Shown one piece after another: positions 27,566-36,310 of a stretch of 57,599 nucleotides of DNA; positions within the stretch are counted from its first letter, which is position 1, and each line of letters starts with the position of its first letter. The DNA lies in sequence record NC_073038.1; one strand, 5' to 3'. The DNA is from Pseudomonas phage AAT-1. The notes under the pieces were generated by a model. That model saw only the letters and a list, made by a program, of their open reading frames with translations. It searched no databases and had not been told where the DNA came from. The position numbers and the translations under genes are program-made.

Positions 27566-29726
27566 CAAGTCGGCGACGGTGGGCTACAAGTATTACCTCG
27601 GGATGCACATGATCCTGTGCCACGGGCCCATCGACAAGATAACCGCGATTGAGGTCGACGGCAAGACCGCATGGACGGGCACGTCCACCGGCGGCGCGGT
27701 CAACGTGTCGGCCGAGAACCTATTCGGTGGCGAGAAGCGCGAGGGCGGCGTGTCCGGCCGCGTCGACGTTGAGATGGGCGGGCCAACGCAGGGCCAGAAC
27801 GACTACCTGGTGGGACGGCTGGGCTCGGACATACCCTCCTACCGTGGAGTCGTGGGGGCAGTTCTGCGCCAGTGCTATCTTGGGCTGAATCCGTACCTCA
27901 AGCGCTGGGCTATTTGGGGCAGCCGAATCCACGTCAGGCAGAACGGCATCGCGCAGTGGTATGATGAGAAGTCGGAGATTGCTGGCGACATGAACCCCGC
28001 GCACATCATCCGCGAGTGCCTGACCGATCCGGACTGGGGCATGGGCTACCCGGAGGCGGACATGGACGACGTCGCCTTTGCCGCAGCAGCCGACCAGCTG
28101 TACGCCGAGGGCATGGGCATGTCCCTCCTGTGGGACCGCTCCGTGACGCTCGAGGAGTTCCTGCAGATCGTGCTGGCACACATCGACGCCTCGCTGTACG
28201 TGGACCGGAATACGGGCAAGTTCGTGCTCAAGCTGGCGCGCGACGGGTACAGCGTGGCTTCCCTGCTCGTACTCGACGAGGACTCGGTCGACCGCATAAC
28301 GGACTTCAAGCGCAACACGATTGGCGAGCTAGTCAACTCGGTCACCGTGGTCTACTGGGATGCCAGCACGGGCAAGAACGGCTCTGTGACTGTGCAGGAT
28401 ATAGCCCTGGTGGCGCAGCAGCAGGCCGTCGTCGGCACCACCAAGCAGTTCCCTGGCTTCACGAACGGCACCATAGCCACGCGCGTCGCCGCCAGGTCGC
28501 TGAAGGCGCTGTCAGTGCCGCTGGCCAGCGCGACGATCTACGCGAACCGCAAGGCGGCCTCGCTGAACGTGGGCGACGTCTTCGTGCTGAGCTGGCCGCG
28601 CTTCGGCGTGTCCCAGCTTGTGATGCGCGTCGCGAATGTCGAGCTCGGCGCTCTTGGCAGCAACCAGGTGAAGATACAGGCCGTCGAGGACGTGTTCGCC
28701 CTGTCCAGCGCCATCTACGCGCCGCCACCGCCGAGCGGGTGGACTGACCCCAACAATCTGCCTGCGCCGTGCCCGTACCACTCCGTGATCGAGGCCCCGT
28801 TCTGGGAGCTCTGCCAGCGTATGGGGGAGACGGACGCGCGCAGCCAGCCGCCCACCGCGGGCTTCGTGGTTGCTACCGGGGTTCGGCCCACGAGCGACGC
28901 GGGCAACGCGACGCTTATGACCAACCCCACTAACACGGCATGGGAGGAGGCCGGCACAGTAGACTTCTGCCCCACGGCCGTCCTGACTGCGGCCATCACT
29001 CCGGCGCAGACTGTGCTGCCGATCGGCAGCGGCGTCGACCTGGACGTCGTGAAGGTTGGTACCTACGCCCTGGTGGACAGCGAGCTGGTCTCGATCGTGG
29101 CCGTCTCCGACACATCCCTGACGGTAGGACGCGGGGTATTGGACACCGTGCCGGCGGCGCACTCCGTCGGGGCGCGCCTGTTCTTCTCGGACTTCTACTA
29201 CGAGACCGACCAGGTGGAGTACGCGACCGGCGAGGAGGCGCGCATACGGCTCCTGCCGACCACCGGCCGCGGCACGCTGGACATAGCCTCGGCGACCACG
29301 CAGACCGTGACCATAGTGGGGCGCGCCTACAAGCCCTACCCGCCGGGCAAGCTGCGCGTGAATGGCCTGGCGTACCCGGATGCCGTCCGCGGGGACCAGA
29401 ACCTCACGGTGACCTGGACGCACCGCGATCGCCTGCAGCAGACAGCCACCCTCGTTGACACGGAGGCTGCTAGCATCGGGCCTGAGGCAGGCACGACCTA
29501 CACCTGCCGCCTGCTCACCCAGGGCGGCTCTGTGATCGTCAGCCACACAGGGCTGACGGACCTCACCGATACCTTCACGCTGGCAGAGATGGGGTCAAAC
29601 TACGGGCGCCTGCGGGTGCAGCTCTGGTCCGTCAGGGACGGGGTTGCCAGTCTGCAGGTGCATGATTGGGAATTTACGCGCGCCGGGTACGGCGCTGGAT
29701 ATGGTTACGCCTACGGAGGTGCATGA
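27552..29726 (+). CDS. Tail tip/central fibre protein, lambda gpJ-like (host specificity)
   Basis: GTG start after a GGAGGTG SD. N-terminus MGGSSKSATVGYKYYLG resembles the lambda J start MGKGSSKG. 724 aa. Confidence 0.65.
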   Translation: MGGSSKSATVGYKYYLGMHMILCHGPIDKITAIEVDGKTAWTGTSTGGAVNVSAENLFGGEKREGGVSGRVDVEMGGPTQGQNDYLVGRLGSDIPSYRGVVGAVLRQCYLGLNPYLKRWAIWGSRIHVRQNGIAQWYDEKSEIAGDMNPAHIIRECLTDPDWGMGYPEADMDDVAFAAAADQLYAEGMGMSLLWDRSVTLEEFLQIVLAHIDASLYVDRNTGKFVLKLARDGYSVASLLVLDEDSVDRITDFKRNTIGELVNSVTVVYWDASTGKNGSVTVQDIALVAQQQAVVGTTKQFPGFTNGTIATRVAARSLKALSVPLASATIYANRKAASLNVGDVFVLSWPRFGVSQLVMRVANVELGALGSNQVKIQAVEDVFALSSAIYAPPPPSGWTDPNNLPAPCPYHSVIEAPFWELCQRMGETDARSQPPTAGFVVATGVRPTSDAGNATLMTNPTNTAWEEAGTVDFCPTAVLTAAITPAQTVLPIGSGVDLDVVKVGTYALVDSELVSIVAVSDTSLTVGRGVLDTVPAAHSVGARLFFSDFYYETDQVEYATGEEARIRLLPTTGRGTLDIASATTQTVTIVGRAYKPYPPGKLRVNGLAYPDAVRGDQNLTVTWTHRDRLQQTATLVDTEAASIGPEAGTTYTCRLLTQGGSVIVSHTGLTDLTDTFTLAEMGSNYGRLRVQLWSVRDGVASLQVHDWEFTRAGYGAGYGYAYGGA

Positions 29727-30082
29727 TGCCCGCGTCAACTGAACCGCGCTCGGGGCTCAGCTTCGGCTGGACCCTGGGAGAGAATAACTGGAACACCGGC
29801 ATGGACGCCAACCTGCTGTCCATCGGCCGGTTCGCCTACCACCTGTCGGTCAAGGACCGCAACCTCGCGACGCCGCCAGGATCGCCTGTGGCAGGTGACA
29901 CCTACATCGTCGCTGCCTCGCCCACCGGGGCGTGGTCCGGGCAGGCAAACAAGGTGGCAGTCTGGTCCGGGTCCGCGTGGGTCTTCGGCACCCCGCGTGT
30001 TGGCTGGGTTGCCTACGTCGAGGACGAGGAGAAGCTCTGCGTCTACAAGGCGGCAGGCTGGTCGGCCGGCGTCGCGCTCTGA
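29723..30082 (+). CDS. DUF2793-like tail fibre/receptor-binding protein (putative)
   Basis: About 119 aa with the GDTYIV...GAWSG...VAVWSGSAWVF..P..GWVAYVEDE pattern seen in DUF2793 proteins next to GTA/phage tail genes. Confidence 0.45.
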   Translation: MMPASTEPRSGLSFGWTLGENNWNTGMDANLLSIGRFAYHLSVKDRNLATPPGSPVAGDTYIVAASPTGAWSGQANKVAVWSGSAWVFGTPRVGWVAYVEDEEKLCVYKAAGWSAGVAL

Positions 30083-30087
30083 CGGCT

Positions 30088-30129
30088 CGCCCATAAGCCA
30101 GCACGCAGTACAGTGCTGGCTTATGGGCG
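30088..30129 (+). other. Perfect 17-bp stem hairpin (loop 8 nt) without U-tract
   Basis: cgcccataagccagcac gcagtaca gtgctggcttatgggcg, between the tail and lysis genes. Confidence 0.7.
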
Positions 30130-30147
30130 ACATCAGGAGCACAGACC

Positions 30148-30459
30148 ATGGACCAACCAGACCGCAACCCAGGACAATCAAGCTGGCGGATTCGGCGACG
30201 CTTCATGTTCGCCGTCTCCGCCTTCTGCATGTGGACCGTCGCCTACGTGCTGTGGCGAGACCTGTCGTCTGGGCCGGCCGACACTGCCGTGACCATGTCC
30301 TTCCTGACCTTGCTAGGTATCGTCGGCTCGTACGTGTTCGGCGCCACCTGGGAGGACATCCGCATGACCCAGATGCGCGGCCCGTCGGCCGCGGCATCCA
30401 AGGCCACTAAGCCAGCGCCCGGCCCGGGCGCGCAGACGAAGATAGAGGATCAACCATGA
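30148..30459 (+). CDS. Holin candidate (two predicted TM helices)
   Basis: 103 aa. TM segments FMFAVSAFCMWTVAYVLW and FLTLLGIVGSYVFGATW. Immediately upstream of the endolysin and ATGA-coupled to it. Confidence 0.45.
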   Translation: MDQPDRNPGQSSWRIRRRFMFAVSAFCMWTVAYVLWRDLSSGPADTAVTMSFLTLLGIVGSYVFGATWEDIRMTQMRGPSAAASKATKPAPGPGAQTKIEDQP

Positions 30460-30956
30460 CCTACATGCTTGGCAACAAGTCGCGACAGAACCTGCAGGGC
30501 GTGCACCCGCACCTGGCCCGTGTGGTGGAACGCGCCATCGAGATGACCGCCGTTGACTTCAGCGTGCACGAGGGGCTGCGCACGCGGGCCCGTCAGGCCA
30601 AGTTGGTGGCGGCCGGGGCGAGCCAGACCATGGACTCGCGCCACCTGCCGAGCCAGGCCACCGGGTACGGCCACGCGGTCGACCTGGTGCCGTTCGTAGA
30701 CCTGGACGGCGACAACCGGGCGGAGCTGCGGTGGGACTGGAGCCTGTGCTACAAGGTGGCGGACGCCGTGCGCCGCGCGAGCATCGAACTCAACGTCCCC
30801 ATCCGCTGGGGAGGCGTGTGGGACAGCGCGCTGGCCGACCTTGCCGGTGACCTCGAGGACGAGGTGGCCGAGTACGTGGCCCGCCGCAAGGCCAAGGGCA
30901 AGAAGGCCTTCCTGGACGGCCCGCACTTCGAGCTGCCCGCGTCGCTCTACCCGTGA
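30456..30956 (+). CDS. Endolysin, peptidase M15 (L-alanyl-D-glutamate peptidase / VanY-like)
   Basis: SRHLPSQATGYGHAVDL (SxHxxGxAxD) plus a downstream D..H, the M15 zinc-peptidase signature. Confidence 0.7.
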   Translation: MTYMLGNKSRQNLQGVHPHLARVVERAIEMTAVDFSVHEGLRTRARQAKLVAAGASQTMDSRHLPSQATGYGHAVDLVPFVDLDGDNRAELRWDWSLCYKVADAVRRASIELNVPIRWGGVWDSALADLAGDLEDEVAEYVARRKAKGKKAFLDGPHFELPASLYP

Positions 30957-30963
30957 GGATCAT

Positions 30964-31452
30964 ACCATGCTCAGTCTTACTAGTCTTCAGTGGAAGCTCG
31001 GCGCTGGCGTACTTATCGGGGTTGTCGCGGTCTCGGTCATCGCGCTATCATATCGCCACTATACCGGCCTGGTCGATTCCAAGGCAGAGCTCTCGGCCCA
31101 GGTCGCAACGCTGCGCGAGGACGTCGCCCGGGAGAAGGCACGGGCTGACTCGTTCGAGCGTGCCATAGACCGGTGGGACCAGGCCGCCAAGGACCAGGCG
31201 AAGGTCCTGGACGACTTCACAATCGCCCAGCGTGAGGCTGGCACGTACGCGAGGGAGCTACTGGATGTTCTATCCAAGCACGACCTCGGCGCGCTCGCCA
31301 AGCGCAAGCCGGGTCTCATCGAAAATCGCATTAACGCTGGCAGCGCTGACGCTCTGCGCCTGCTCGAGCGTGCCACCCAAGGCCCAGCCGTCGACGGGGG
31401 CCAAGGAGCCACCGCTGCCGGTACTGCCACGCCCAGAGCCCGTGCGCGTTGA
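30964..31452 (+). CDS. i-spanin (Rz-like)
   Basis: N-terminal TM (LGAGVLIGVVAVSVIAL) followed by a coiled-coil periplasmic domain, directly after the endolysin. Confidence 0.55.
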   Translation, partial: TMLSLTSLQWKLGAGVLIGVVAVSVIALSYRHYTGLVDSKAELSAQVATLREDVAREKARADSFERAIDRWDQAAKDQAKVLDDFTIAQREAGTYARELLDVLSKHDLGALAKRKPGLIENRINAGSADALRLLERATQGPAVDGGQGATAAGTATPRARAR

Positions 31453-31627
31453 GCAGGTGAAGTGGCAGGTCGTCGAGGTGGACGGCGAGCCACTTTTCGC
31501 GCTCACAGCCCGAGGCTACGAGGCCCTGTCGCGCAACGTGTCCGAGATGGTACGCTGGGCCCAGGAGGCTTCATGGCAGCTCGACTTCTACCGCAGGGGC
31601 CGCGCGGCCGGGGAGGCCTCCAAGTGA
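31265..31627 (+). CDS. o-spanin (Rz1-like lipoprotein), out-of-frame overlap with the i-spanin
   Basis: Signal peptide plus a lipobox-like ALTLCAC, then a Pro-rich mature region. Starts inside the Rz gene in another frame and ends after it (overlapped architecture). The start codon choice is uncertain. Confidence 0.5.
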   Translation: MFYPSTTSARSPSASRVSSKIALTLAALTLCACSSVPPKAQPSTGAKEPPLPVLPRPEPVRVEQVKWQVVEVDGEPLFALTARGYEALSRNVSEMVRWAQEASWQLDFYRRGRAAGEASK

Positions 31628-31896
31628 GCGACAACGGCCCCGAGAAGCAGCTGCAGAACCTGACCCCCGAGGAGGCCCGCGCCCTGATCCGCGAGGCGGT
31701 GCGCGAGACCTTTCTCATGCTCGGCGTGAAGGTGGACGACCCGATCGAGGTGCAGAAGGACTTCCAGCACCTACGCGAGTGGCGCACCACCACTGACTCC
31801 ATCAAGTCAAAGGGCATGCTGACGATCGTCGGCATAGCCGTCTCCGGCCTTGCCGCCGCCGTCTGGCTCGGCTTCAAGGAGCTGGTAGGCAAGTGA
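31624..31896 (+). CDS. Small membrane protein with C-terminal TM (lysis-associated?)
   Basis: GTG start 8 nt after a GGGGAGG SD, overlapping the Rz1 stop. C-terminal TM MLTIVGIAVSGLAAAVWLGF. Confidence 0.35.
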   Translation: MSDNGPEKQLQNLTPEEARALIREAVRETFLMLGVKVDDPIEVQKDFQHLREWRTTTDSIKSKGMLTIVGIAVSGLAAAVWLGFKELVGK

Positions 31897-31943
31897 GCGC
31901 CCCGGCGCCTGCGGAAGTTCTCTCCTTCCTACCGCAGGACCTT

Positions 31944-31971
31944 CCGCCGCCTCCGGGCGGCGGCTTTTTCT
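31944..31971 (+). terminator. Rho-independent terminator ending the lysis/late operon
   Basis: ccgccgcc-tccg-ggcggcgg followed by ctttttc. Confidence 0.65.
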
Positions 31972-32088
31972 AAGCATCCAGGTGACCCACAGGCCCTCGG
32001 GCCACGGTGAGTAGCTCAGCACCAGGGCCTAGGCCACCTAGACCGCCTCGGTCTGCCCGGGACGCACGTGTGGCACGTCCTGGGCCGA

Positions 32089-32337
32089 TCATTGCACCCA
32101 GACGCGCTCGTAGCGCGCGGGCAGGCGGTCACAGGACCACTCGGACTCGACACCGTGATGCAGGGCCACGTGGTCCACGACCTCCACGCACTGCCCTGTC
32201 CCATACGACACGCGCACCTCAGGTAGGTCGAGGGCGTCCACGACGCCACGTACCAGCAGCCCCGCGCTCAGCGCGACAACCAACATCAGGGCCAAGTATC
32301 CGAGCAACGCCCGACCGCGGTTCCTCTTCAGCGTCAT
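32089..32337 (-). CDS. Small membrane protein
   Basis: 82 aa with TM LLGYLALMLVVALSAGLLV. Confidence 0.35.
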   Translation of the reverse strand: MTLKRNRGRALLGYLALMLVVALSAGLLVRGVVDALDLPEVRVSYGTGQCVEVVDHVALHHGVESEWSCDRLPARYERVWVQ

Positions 32338-32349
32338 GGTGTCTTCCTC

Positions 32350-32649
32350 CTACTGAAGAGCCGACGGGGCGTCGTGGGTCGGGGTCACCTCGTCGCCGAG
32401 CCCCTTGTCAGTCAGCTGAACCGTGGCCGTGCCAGCCCGCTCGTCTATCGCGATCGCTATGCCGCGGCCGTCGAGTTCCTTGAGCCCATCCAGTCGCAGC
32501 TCGACTGAGCCACCGGCTTGCAGGGCCACGAGTCCGAGCAGCCCCGTGATGCGGCCTAGCTGCACCTCGTGCAGGCACTTGCCGGTCAGTATGGCCAGCA
32601 GCTCGTCCGCCGACAAGCCGCCGTCCTTCTTCTCCGTGTTATCGCTCAT
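32350..32649 (-). CDS. Hypothetical protein
   Basis: 99 aa ORF in the leftward operon. Confidence 0.4.
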   Translation of the reverse strand: MSDNTEKKDGGLSADELLAILTGKCLHEVQLGRITGLLGLVALQAGGSVELRLDGLKELDGRGIAIAIDERAGTATVQLTDKGLGDEVTPTHDAPSALQ

Positions 32650-32650
32650 C

Positions 32651-32938
32651 TCAAGCCTCCCACTCGATCGCTATCGAAGTCGTGCTGGTCTTGCCGTCGA
32701 AGTGGCAGCTGCAGGGTAGCTCGCGGTCGAGCACCTTGGCCACGGCCGGCGCGTCGACGCGCGGGACGTAGCCGAGCTTGGTCCCGTCCGCTGCGTGTAC
32801 GGCCACGGCGTTGCGGTCGTGCGGGTTGGAGGGCTCGCGGACGAGCACGAGCTCCTCGCCCTTGCGCAGCTTGGCTATCGTCTCACGGGCGCCCGTGTGG
32901 TACGGGGCGCCCGCGACGTATGTCTTCATCACGGGCAT
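32651..32938 (-). CDS. HIRAN domain protein
   Basis: 95 aa from MPVMKTY after a GAGGAG SD. GAPYHTG..L..GEELVLVREPSNPHDRNAVAV...GTKLGYVPR is the HIRAN signature. The longer track ORF is an artefact. Confidence 0.65.
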   Translation of the reverse strand: MPVMKTYVAGAPYHTGARETIAKLRKGEELVLVREPSNPHDRNAVAVHAADGTKLGYVPRVDAPAVAKVLDRELPCSCHFDGKTSTTSIAIEWEA

Positions 32939-32948
32939 GGCTGTCTCC

Positions 32949-33461
32949 TCATTCTGCCTTGGCGGAGGCGCGGGGACGGTTGGGCACCTTCTCACCGCGC
33001 TCGCGCATGTGGACGGCATACCAGCGCAGGCATGCCACGGTTGTCTTAGCTCCCTCGAACTGTGCGAGCAGCGTGGACAGGATGTACTCGTAGGAGTGGC
33101 CCCACGGACGCTTGTCCTCGTCCACTTTGACGACCTCGAGCAGCAGCTTCTCGGCCTCGACTCTGATGACGGGGCCCTTCTCCTTCTTCTCGGTCGGTGC
33201 TTTCTTGACGCGCTTCGGCTTCTCCGACTTAGCGGGCTCCGACTTGGCGCCGAGCTGCATGAGGGACTTCGCGAATGCGCTCGGCTCCTCTGCCTTAGGT
33301 TCCTCCGGCGGCAGCTTGGCCTCCATGGCTTCAATCTGCGCGAGGAGCTTGGCCTTGCCTCGCTTGGCCAGGGTCTTGACGTCGGTGGAGGAGCCGTTGA
33401 GCTCGTTGAAGCGGGCGGCGATGTCGGCGATGGAGGATTCTGCGGTCAGCTTGGTCATGGT
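32949..33461 (-). CDS. Hypothetical protein with C-terminal recurrent helix-loop-helix module
   Basis: 170 aa from MTKLTAESS. C-terminus ..LLLEVVKV.....YEYILSTLLAQFEGAKTTVACLRWYAVHMRERG matches the module repeated in other proteins of this phage. Confidence 0.45.
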   Translation of the reverse strand, partial: TMTKLTAESSIADIAARFNELNGSSTDVKTLAKRGKAKLLAQIEAMEAKLPPEEPKAEEPSAFAKSLMQLGAKSEPAKSEKPKRVKKAPTEKKEKGPVIRVEAEKLLLEVVKVDEDKRPWGHSYEYILSTLLAQFEGAKTTVACLRWYAVHMRERGEKVPNRPRASAKAE

Positions 33462-33515
33462 TGCACCCCTGTGTGGTGGTTGATCGGTGTCTCTTAACTC
33501 AACGCATTGCATGCG

Positions 33516-33560
33516 TCGATGGGTTCCATTATACGCCTTCTGCGGGGTTCGGGAGCCCCA
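33516..33560 (-). promoter_or_regulatory. Conserved leftward promoter-like element P3
   Basis: Minus strand reads gggGCTCCCgaaccccgcagaaggcgTATAATggaaCCCATCGA. Confidence 0.5.
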
Positions 33561-33598
33561 TCGGGCGACTTTTTTCCATTATTTTTGCAGACGCTGGC

Positions 33599-34348
33599 TC
33601 ACTTGACCGCGCGCACGGCGGCGAGCATCGCCGGGTCGTCCATGCCGTTGAGCACGACCGCGCCCGGGTTGCGCTCCTTCACCTTGGCGACGTTCGCGGC
33701 GGTCGGCTCGCACTTGACGGTGTAGAGCTTGCCGTCGCGGACGAAGGCCACCTTGCCACGCGTCATCTTGGCCACGTCCTTGAGGAGGAGCGCGTCGTTG
33801 ACGAGCCCCTCGATAAAGAGCTCGGACGTCATGCTGAGCTCGGCAGGCCGGCCGGTGTCCGGGTCGATCCAATCGCAGACGCTCGGCGGCAGCGACGTGG
33901 CGTGCTCGTGCAGGGCCTTTTCCTCGTTGGTCATCTTGGCGACCCACGGGTTGCCCTTGTAGTCCTTGGTCTCCACCTCCACGAGGCCATCGGAGACGTC
34001 CTTCCACTCGATCTGCAGGGGTCCGCCGGACGCATCGTCGATCACGAAGGCGACCAGCTTGCCGTCTCGGTAGAGCGAGCCGTTGTAGCCGTAGCCCTCC
34101 ATGCCGACGAAGGTCTTGACGCCCTTGACCGTGTAAGTCGGGTGGCCGGACGCGGGGTAGAGCGCCTTGTGGATGGCGCGGCTAACGGAGCCCTCCTTGC
34201 CGCCAGCCTTTTTCTCCTTGCTGCGATAGTACGCCACGCAGGAAGCGTTGGTCTTGGCGGTCGGGTGGATGCTGCGCACGGCCTCGAGAATCTCGTCCGT
34301 GGTGGAGCCGAGGGCTATGCCGCGGCGGATGATGTCGGCGATCTTCAT
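33599..34348 (-). CDS. Hypothetical protein with N-terminal recurrent helix-loop-helix module
   Basis: Start MKIADII after a GGAG SD. DEILEAVRSIHPTAKTNASCVAYYRSKEKKAG matches the module. Confidence 0.45.
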   Translation of the reverse strand: MKIADIIRRGIALGSTTDEILEAVRSIHPTAKTNASCVAYYRSKEKKAGGKEGSVSRAIHKALYPASGHPTYTVKGVKTFVGMEGYGYNGSLYRDGKLVAFVIDDASGGPLQIEWKDVSDGLVEVETKDYKGNPWVAKMTNEEKALHEHATSLPPSVCDWIDPDTGRPAELSMTSELFIEGLVNDALLLKDVAKMTRGKVAFVRDGKLYTVKCEPTAANVAKVKERNPGAVVLNGMDDPAMLAAVRAVK

Positions 34349-34372
34349 GATGAACTCCAATGTTTGTTTGTT

Positions 34373-34407
34373 TCGATGGAGTAATAATAGATGGAAAGCG
34401 GACTGCT
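34373..34407 (-). promoter_or_regulatory. Conserved leftward promoter-like element P2
   Basis: Minus strand reads GGGGGCTCCCagcagtccgctttccatCTATTATTACtCCATCGA. Confidence 0.5.
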
Positions 34408-34484
34408 GGGAGCCCCCTCTAGCAACTTTTTTTTAGACCAGCAAAACATAAGGGGAGACCGAAGTCTCCCCTTATGATATTAGC

Positions 34485-34853
34485 CTATCTATATGGAGTT
34501 GAGTCAACTGCGCGAGCCAGCAGGTCTGCGGGCCGGTGGTCCGAGGGCAGCACTGACATCGAGGCCAGCGTCTCCTCTGTGACGCCCTCCTTGACCAGCG
34601 CCGTCTTCGAGCCCGGCACCAGGTACCGACGGACATCTCGCCCCTTGCCGACGCGCACGTAGAGCCACACATTGCCCCCACACTTCCAGCGGCGTCGGTG
34701 CCACACTACCTGGGACTGCCGGACGTCGAAGTCCAGCCGGCCGTCCCTGGCGGGCCGGTCGCAGCCCTTGAGCTCGAGCTCGAAGTACCGGCCCTTCCAG
34801 CAGCCGTCGACGTCCGGGTCGCCCTCGCTCACCAGATTCTCGACCCGGCGCAT
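34485..34853 (-). CDS. VRR-NUC domain nuclease (PD-(D/E)xK)
   Basis: GDPDVDGCW...YFELELK...SQ..W....GG.V.YV matches VRR-NUC. Start taken at MRRVENL after a GAGGGG SD. Confidence 0.5.
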   Translation of the reverse strand: MRRVENLVSEGDPDVDGCWKGRYFELELKGCDRPARDGRLDFDVRQSQVVWHRRRWKCGGNVWLYVRVGKGRDVRRYLVPGSKTALVKEGVTEETLASMSVLPSDHRPADLLARAVDSTPYR

Positions 34854-34903
34854 GTGCAGCCCCTCGACGCCGCGCAGGCCGTCGCGGAGCCACTCCCACA
34901 GTC

Positions 34904-35359
34904 TCACCTCGCGGGCCACTGCTGGTCCTCCCTGTACAGCTCTATGACCAGGGCGTCGTTCTTCACAAAGCCCCACGGCTCCTTCGGCAGCAGCTCGCGC
35001 AACGGCGCAAACGGTATGCCCTCGCCCAGGACGTGCTGGGTGCGGTGGATGAACGCCCTGTGGACCAGGCCGAGGCGCAGGGCCTCCATGGCGATAGTCG
35101 GGCCGCCGATCAGCCAGGCCTCCCGCATTAGGCGGCCGGCCATGTCGAGCGGCAGAGTCGAGCGGCTCAGGTGGACGATGTCCCGGCCAGGCAGCGGAGG
35201 CATGAGCCTGGCGGTCTGCTTGCCGGCCAGGAGCGGCTCACCGTCCGACAGGGTGAGCAGGCGGAAGGCGTACTTGTCCGCTGGGCCTGTCCAGCGCATG
35301 TCGTCGTCGGGCCCGGAGGCCAGAAAGCCGTCGCGGGAGACGGCAAGGATGAGCTTCAT
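34904..35359 (-). CDS. folA: Dihydrofolate reductase
   Basis: 151 aa from MKLILAVSRDGFLA after a GAGGAG SD. DHFR-like core with ..LIGGPTIAMEAL... The track ORF's N-terminal extension is GC-artefact-like. Confidence 0.7.
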   Translation of the reverse strand: MKLILAVSRDGFLASGPDDDMRWTGPADKYAFRLLTLSDGEPLLAGKQTARLMPPLPGRDIVHLSRSTLPLDMAGRLMREAWLIGGPTIAMEALRLGLVHRAFIHRTQHVLGEGIPFAPLRELLPKEPWGFVKNDALVIELYREDQQWPAR

Positions 35360-35363
35360 GGTG

Positions 35364-35828
35364 TCACTCCTCGTTGTATGAGATGATGTGGACCCCGCGC
35401 CGGAGCAGCAGCCCATCGGCCTCGGCCCAGGACTGTCCCCACCGCGCGTGGCCAAAGTCGGGCCGCTCGGGCACCACCAGCCGGGCCACGCCGGCCTCGA
35501 CGATCTTGGTGGCGCATGGCAGGCACGGGTAGCGGGTGACGTACAGCGAGCATCCACGCGGGTTGAACGGGGCCTGCCGGAGGCAGTTGTCCTCCGCATG
35601 TCTCATGTGGGCGTTCTTGAAGTCGCGGTCGGCCAGCAATGACGGCAGGTCGGGCACGTCCTCCGGGAACCCGTTGAACCCGAAGGACACCTGTCGCCGA
35701 TCGGCCGACGCAAGGACGGCGCCGACCTTGCGGTCTGGGTCCTTCGACAGCAGGGCAACCTGCCGCGCCAGGTCCATGAAGAACCTGTCCCAGTACCCCT
35801 GGCTCCGCTTGATCGGCGCCTCGTCCAT
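35364..35828 (-). CDS. dCMP deaminase (cytidine/deoxycytidylate deaminase family)
   Basis: HAEDNCL ... PCLPCATKI zinc-binding H-x-E / PC-x-x-C signature. Start is ATGA-coupled to the upstream stop. Confidence 0.75.
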   Translation of the reverse strand: MDEAPIKRSQGYWDRFFMDLARQVALLSKDPDRKVGAVLASADRRQVSFGFNGFPEDVPDLPSLLADRDFKNAHMRHAEDNCLRQAPFNPRGCSLYVTRYPCLPCATKIVEAGVARLVVPERPDFGHARWGQSWAEADGLLLRRGVHIISYNEE

Positions 35829-36244
35829 CACTCCACGACCTCCGTCAGCGCCTCAGCAAGTTCGAGCACGACCTCGTCACCCCAGGTGTTCTTGGCGGCG
35901 TTGTAGGCCCACACGACGAGCCGGCAGTTCCCCATAGTGTAGCCGAGGGCCGAGTCACGCCGGTCAATCGTCGGACTCCACGGGTTGGCCTTGGTGAAGG
36001 TGCCAAGGTCATAGTCAAACGGCAGGCGTGAGACCTCGCATTGCCCGCGGTCCAGACGCTCGCGCACCCACTCGACGGTCAGGTCGAACTCAAGGCCCCT
36101 CTGCCGGGCCCGGCTGCGCGCCTTGTGGAACAGGTACTGGGCGGGGTTGTTCTCCTTCCAGGCCTGTCTGGACTCGCGACTGCGCTCGGGGTGGCGCTCT
36201 CGCCATCGCCGGGCATACTCCGCCTTCTCTTCCTTCGTAGCCAT
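35828..36244 (-). CDS. HNH/endonuclease VII-like protein (putative)
   Basis: 138 aa from MATKEEK. C-terminal ..WSPTIDRRDSALGYTMGNCRLVVWAYNAAKNTW resembles HNH-family nuclease cores. Weak call. Confidence 0.35.
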   Translation of the reverse strand: MATKEEKAEYARRWRERHPERSRESRQAWKENNPAQYLFHKARSRARQRGLEFDLTVEWVRERLDRGQCEVSRLPFDYDLGTFTKANPWSPTIDRRDSALGYTMGNCRLVVWAYNAAKNTWGDEVVLELAEALTEVVE

Positions 36245-36310
36245 GCGCCCCTCCAAAATAAAAATGCAACCCGTATATCGTACGGGTTGCATCAGGGCAA
36301 CAATGCCAGC

